Positions 34,066 through 36,929 of a DNA stretch of 36,929 nt are shown here, piece by piece. The translations under genes and the position numbers were made by a program. The notes under the pieces were generated by a model. It did no database searches, was not told the DNA's origin, and saw nothing but the letters and a program-made list of their open reading frames with translations. The stretch's first letter is position 1. Every line of letters begins with the position of its first letter. The stretch comes from a virus: the UHGV virus genome UHGV-0211320. One strand, 5' to 3'.

Positions 34066-34291
34066 GTTGACCTCCTTTTAAATACTGATACAAAGCGATA
34101 CTACTAAACCTCCATTCTCTGCCAACTTTCGCTGCTGGAATCTTTCCAGATTCGGCATCTTTAGTCAGCGTGCGTGTCGTGGTTTTTAAATATTCCGCAG
34201 CTTGCTTTGTATCCCACACTTCATTTGCAATCTCAGATTCTGCCAAAGAAGCTTTGAGATCTGAGAGGTTAACTAAAGCTAGTTGCTCCAT
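34052..34291 (-). CDS. Excisionase-family / MerR-like HTH DNA-binding protein.
   Basis: QAAEYLKTTTRTLTKDAESGKIPAAKVGREWRFSSIALYQYL matches the excisionase-family DNA-binding domain pattern. RBS AGGAGG. Confidence 0.55.
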   Translation of the reverse strand: MEQLALVNLSDLKASLAESEIANEVWDTKQAAEYLKTTTRTLTKDAESGKIPAAKVGREWRFSSIALYQYLKGGQHGKV

Positions 34292-34310
34292 TGGTTGTTT
34301 CCTCCTGTAT

Positions 34311-34514
34311 TTATAATTCGTACATAGTGATAATCGAATCTATAATTCTGTTTGCTTCTGCAGAAGTCTTTTTACCGTTTAAAATTAAAGATAAGTAGCT
34401 TTTGCTAATGCCGAATCTTTCAGCAAGCATGGTGTAAGTTAAGAACTTTGAACTTTCGACATATTCTTTGATTTTTTCTCTATCTCGTCGAGTGATTTCT
34501 GCAATGTCAGTCAT
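34311..34514 (-). CDS. Cro-like HTH regulator (67 aa).
   Basis: RBS AAGGAG 8 nt before ATG at 34514. HTH segment TYTMLAERFGISKSYLSLILNGKK. It is divergent from the cI-like gene across operator-containing DNA. Confidence 0.65.
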   Translation of the reverse strand: MTDIAEITRRDREKIKEYVESSKFLTYTMLAERFGISKSYLSLILNGKKTSAEANRIIDSIITMYEL

Positions 34515-34539
34515 ACTAAAACTCCTTTCTTTTATATTC

Positions 34540-34557
34540 GTAAACAAATTTAACAAC
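34540..34557. repeat. 18-bp inverted repeat arm (GTAAACAAATTTAACAAC); its partner at 34700-34717 is GTTGTTAAATTTGTTTAC.
   Basis: Perfect reverse complements 160 bp apart, symmetrically placed upstream of cro and cI respectively. Confidence 0.7.
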
Positions 34558-34583
34558 TTTTTTCTAAATTCAATTGACAAAGC

Positions 34584-34601
34584 ATAGAGTTTTATTCTAT
34601 A
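34584..34601. promoter_or_regulatory. Candidate operator O1 ATAGAGTTTTATTCTATA (TAGA..TCTA dyad), embedded in TTGACA(34574-34579)-18-TATACT.
   Basis: Identical 18-mer repeated at 34761-34778. It overlaps the spacer of a consensus-like plus-strand promoter. Confidence 0.5.
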
Positions 34602-34699
34602 CTTTGTACATAGTTAAATAAGACATATAAACATTGATTTTAAAAGCTTTCTTGGCGGTTGGCGTTTAATAATCAAAAGTGTTTTTTGTTGTCTTTTTA

Positions 34700-34717
34700 G
34701 TTGTTAAATTTGTTTAC
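34700..34717. repeat. Inverted repeat partner of 34540-34557.
   Basis: See 34540-34557. Confidence 0.7.
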
Positions 34718-34760
34718 AAGAACAAGTATAGAGGTTTAACTCTAATTTGTCAACAGATAA

Positions 34761-34778
34761 ATAGAGTTTTATTCTATA
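34761..34778. promoter_or_regulatory. Candidate operator O2 ATAGAGTTTTATTCTATA within a putative cI promoter (TTGTCA 34747-34752 ... TATTCT).
   Basis: Exact copy of the 34584-34601 18-mer, 35 bp upstream of the cI start. Confidence 0.5.
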
Positions 34779-34813
34779 TTTTTTCTTGTCAGTCTAGAAA
34801 GGTTGACATATCA

Positions 34814-35134
34814 ATGAATCCATACGAAAAAATAAAAGAATTAACAAAGCAAAACGGAATATCTGTAAGAGAATTAGAAAAAAGATTGGGATATTCAAAT
34901 GGATATTTCAGTAAATGGAAATCAGTATCACCTAACTCCGAAGGTTTGGCAAAAGTATCAGATTATTTTGGTGTTTCTATAGACTATCTTCTAGGAAGAG
35001 AGAAAAAAGAGACCCCTAAACATGTGGATTTGTCAGAAGACGATACTGTATTCTCTTTTGACGGAAAAGAAATATCTAAGGAGACAATGCGTAAAGCGAT
35101 TGCAATTGCTAAAGCTTTAGAGGAAAATGAATAG
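34814..35134 (+). CDS. cI-like repressor (XRE-family HTH, 106 aa).
   Basis: RBS GAAAGG before ATG at 34814. HTH ELTKQNGISVRELEKRLGYSNGYFSKW. It is followed by an ImmA-like protease, giving an ImmR/ImmA-type module. Confidence 0.8.
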   Translation: MNPYEKIKELTKQNGISVRELEKRLGYSNGYFSKWKSVSPNSEGLAKVSDYFGVSIDYLLGREKKETPKHVDLSEDDTVFSFDGKEISKETMRKAIAIAKALEENE

Positions 35135-35151
35135 TTGGAGTGATGGGTTGT

Positions 35152-35574
35152 ATGTATTTAAAGTTGAAAGAAATGCTGAGTGAGTATAATTTAAAGTTAA
35201 TCTATATGGAAATGGAAGAACCAGGTTTTTATTATCCAAAACCAAGAATAGTATTTTTGAATGAAAAATTACACGAAGACAGTTCTGAAGCTTTTCATTT
35301 AGCCCACGAGCTCGGTCATTTCATTGCTTCACATTTTGAATATTCAGTACTGTACGATAACTCTACAACTTTTCATTCAAAGTTCGAAGCTGAAGCTGAT
35401 AGAATCGCTATTATGATTCTACTTAATATCTTTATTGAGAATGAACTGACTGATGAATCCCAGTTCAAATTAGAAAATTTCATGAAGTTCTACTCTATCA
35501 ATAATAAGTTAAGAACAGAATGTTTTAATGTTTGCCAGTCTTATTTCAAGAAAAAATACTCTTATGCACAGTAA
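35152..35574 (+). CDS. ImmA/IrrE-family metallopeptidase (anti-repressor protease).
   Basis: HEXXH motif HELGH. It lies immediately downstream of the XRE repressor. Start is probably ATG at 35152 (GGAG 11 nt upstream). Confidence 0.75.
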   Translation: MYLKLKEMLSEYNLKLIYMEMEEPGFYYPKPRIVFLNEKLHEDSSEAFHLAHELGHFIASHFEYSVLYDNSTTFHSKFEAEADRIAIMILLNIFIENELTDESQFKLENFMKFYSINNKLRTECFNVCQSYFKKKYSYAQ

Positions 35575-35579
35575 AAAAA

Positions 35580-35599
35580 GCCCGTGCTGCAACACGGAC
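35580..35599. terminator. Hairpin CCGTG-ctgcaa-CACGG preceded by A8 on the plus strand (T-run on the minus strand).
   Basis: Canonical intrinsic terminator only as minus-strand RNA. It sits between the immA and lipoprotein genes. Confidence 0.4.
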
Positions 35600-35654
35600 T
35601 CATACCTCATTTCTGAGATCACAAATATATTATACCAGAAAAGAGGGAAACGAA

Positions 35655-36326
35655 ATGAAAAAGTCTATTTTATGCGTTGGGGTTTTAGGTTTGAGTTTAG
35701 CTGTTTTAGGGGCTTGCTCGTCTAATGATGGTGGCAATAAAACCGCTGAGGAATCAACTACAACAATTTCAAGCTCTACCACTACGGAAATCCAAGCATC
35801 GGCTCAACAAACATCTGAAAGAGATGTGATTGAAATGTCGTTTAAAGACAAAACGTTGACTGGGCCTGGTTACAAACTCACTATCGATAAGACGCAGGTC
35901 GGAAAAGACAATTCTTCCGGAGAAGACGGATTGATTATTTGGTACACGCTAGACAATCAGACAGAAGCAAATATGGTGCCTAGCGATATGTTTTCAATGC
36001 TCACTTTTAGCCAGCAAGATGATACGTCCGAATATGATCTAACATCTAGTGTAGGTACTTTTGACGTGTCTGAGGCGCTCTATCCTATGTACAACGAAGA
36101 CGGAAGCCCACTCGAAGATGACGCTGCTTATGATGAAGCTGTAACTAATCAAAATAACTTTTTGGATGAAGTAGATGCTAAATCTGACGCTGAACTGTTG
36201 CCGGGTAAAAGTGTACAATGCGTCACGGGAGTCGTTTTAAATAATACTCAAGGCGAAGTAAAAATTAAGCTTGGAGAAGACTTCCCCGCAAGCGAAAATC
36301 AAGAACTGATAGTTAGTCTAAATTAA
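35655..36326 (+). CDS. Lipoprotein (moron); candidate superinfection-exclusion (Ltp-like position) protein.
   Basis: RBS AGAGGGA before ATG at 35655. Signal peptide with lipobox MKKSILCVGVLGLSLAVLGAC|SS, then a Ser/Thr-rich linker and a ~180-aa acidic domain. It lies between the repressor module and int. Confidence 0.7.
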   Translation: MKKSILCVGVLGLSLAVLGACSSNDGGNKTAEESTTTISSSTTTEIQASAQQTSERDVIEMSFKDKTLTGPGYKLTIDKTQVGKDNSSGEDGLIIWYTLDNQTEANMVPSDMFSMLTFSQQDDTSEYDLTSSVGTFDVSEALYPMYNEDGSPLEDDAAYDEAVTNQNNFLDEVDAKSDAELLPGKSVQCVTGVVLNNTQGEVKIKLGEDFPASENQELIVSLN

Positions 36327-36327
36327 C

Positions 36328-36368
36328 AAAAAACACGCCCCACCGACCAAAGTTTGTGGACGTGGGAT
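36328..36368. repeat. 25-bp repeat copy B (AAAAAACACGCCCCACCGACCAAAG) with an imperfect hairpin; near-duplicate of 3-26.
   Basis: See feature 1-37. Confidence 0.5.
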
Positions 36369-36426
36369 GTTAAACCTATAGTAGGCTTATTTACAGCTTA
36401 TTAATCAAAGAAAAGAGGAGTAAAAA

Positions 36427-36698
36427 ATGAAAAAAAGTGTCTCTTTTAGGTGTTTTGCCGAGTAGTTTCTTAATTGTTGGTTGTTCACAAAAAGAAACTA
36501 CAAAAGAATCATCGGATATTTCTAGCATTGAAATATCCACTAATACAAAAGAAACAAAACAAAGCGCTACTGATTCTAAGTCAATAACAAGTTCCTCTGA
36601 ATCGAGCTGGAATTTCTTTAGATCAGTTATTTCAATTAAATGGTATGGACCCAAATAATTTCTTAATGCACCCAGGAGATCGTTTTAGAGTTAAATAA
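36427..36698 (+). pseudogene. Frameshifted lipoprotein gene with a C-terminal LysM-like remnant (disrupted at an A7 tract and again near 36600).
   Basis: Perfect RBS AAAGAGGAG 6 nt before ATG at 36427. ATG-A7-GTG gives M K K then a stop after 13 codons. Removing one A gives MKKVSLLGVLPSSFLIVGC|SQKE..., a lipobox signal peptide. Downstream, a second frame encodes AGISLDQLFQLNGMDPNNFLMHPGDRFRVK, matching the C-terminal half of a LysM domain. Confidence 0.5.
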
Positions 36699-36721
36699 AT
36701 AGTAGAAAGAAGGAAAATAAT

Positions 36722-36928
36722 ATGCCAAGTTACGTTGTATTGCAAGTTGTATTAAAAGAAAAATTTATAGGAAAAGGGTCGCAAAACCTATCAGAACTTG
36801 AAAACACTATAAATAGACAGTGTTCTAAAGGTTATCGATTACACACTATTTCCACTACAAACGGTGGTAGTAAAGGTTTCGGTGGTGGCGATAGAATCCA
36901 AGCTACTTTAGTTTTCGAAAGTCTGTAA
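36722..36928 (+). CDS. Small DUF4177-like protein (68 aa).
   Basis: RBS GAAGGAAAA before ATG. Pattern ...KGSQNLSELENTINRQCSKGYRLHTIS...GGSKGFGGGDRIQATLVFES resembles DUF4177. Family recalled from memory, not searched. Confidence 0.4.
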   Translation: MPSYVVLQVVLKEKFIGKGSQNLSELENTINRQCSKGYRLHTISTTNGGSKGFGGGDRIQATLVFESL

Positions 36929-36929
36929 A

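Noticed and set aside
34679-34813. The long N-terminal extension of the cI ORF (MFFVVFLVVKF...)
   Set aside because: It reads through the operator and promoter DNA. A good RBS and the HTH start at 34814.
1-36368. The terminal 25-bp repeats as attL/attR of an integrated prophage
   Set aside because: The repeats are imperfect. Int is adjacent to a tRNA-like attP and to the lysin gene, which is the unintegrated gene order, and int reads away from the left repeat.
36391-36654. The 87-aa minus-strand ORF
   Set aside because: It is antisense to the lipoprotein-like reading frame with its strong RBS, has no RBS and has a low-complexity composition.
1-36929. CRISPR arrays, rRNA genes, insertion sequences or transposases
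   Set aside because: No short regularly spaced repeats, no rRNA-like conservation, and no transposase-like ORF or terminal inverted repeats were seen.

Overview
The window reads as a complete or near-complete temperate siphovirus genome of the Lactobacillales type (HK97-like, cos-type with an HNH endonuclease), not a piece of ordinary chromosome. The minus strand carries a cro-like gene and an excisionase-family DNA-binding protein, then early genes: Rha antirepressor, Rad52/Sak-like annealase, replisome organizer with internal iterons, DnaC-like loader and DUF1064 nuclease. Next come small unknown ORFs, an ArpU-family late activator, HNH-terS-terL, portal, protease, HK97-type capsid, head-tail joining genes and the major tail protein. 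The tail genes follow: G/GT chaperone, tape measure, Dit, Tal, a beta-helix tail protein and a BppU-type fibre. The strand ends with XhlA, holin and a signal-peptide amidase endolysin. The plus strand carries a cI-like XRE repressor, an ImmA protease, a lipoprotein moron, a frameshifted lipoprotein and LysM-like remnant, and a DUF4177-like gene, wrapping to a tyrosine integrase at the window start. The integrase reads towards an attP-like site (a tRNA-Lys(CUU) 3'-segment core flanked by TCGGGTA arm-type repeats) that lies next to the lysin gene. The integrase-attP-lysin order is the unintegrated (virion or circular) arrangement, so the element is not integrated through this attP inside the window. 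Other findings are two programmed -1 frameshifts (the canonical G-T tail chaperone and a capsid-Ig-like (Big_2) fusion), a duplicated 31-bp leader on paralogous small genes with a convergent plus-strand gene, and two paralogous small hydrophobic peptide loci resembling type I toxins. There is also an orphan plus-strand membrane protein gene with an extended -10 promoter, a lipoprotein pseudogene with an A7 frameshift tract, a ~0.7 kb GC-rich hairpin-dense noncoding island and several operator-like repeats. No CRISPR array, rRNA or complete tRNA gene was seen.
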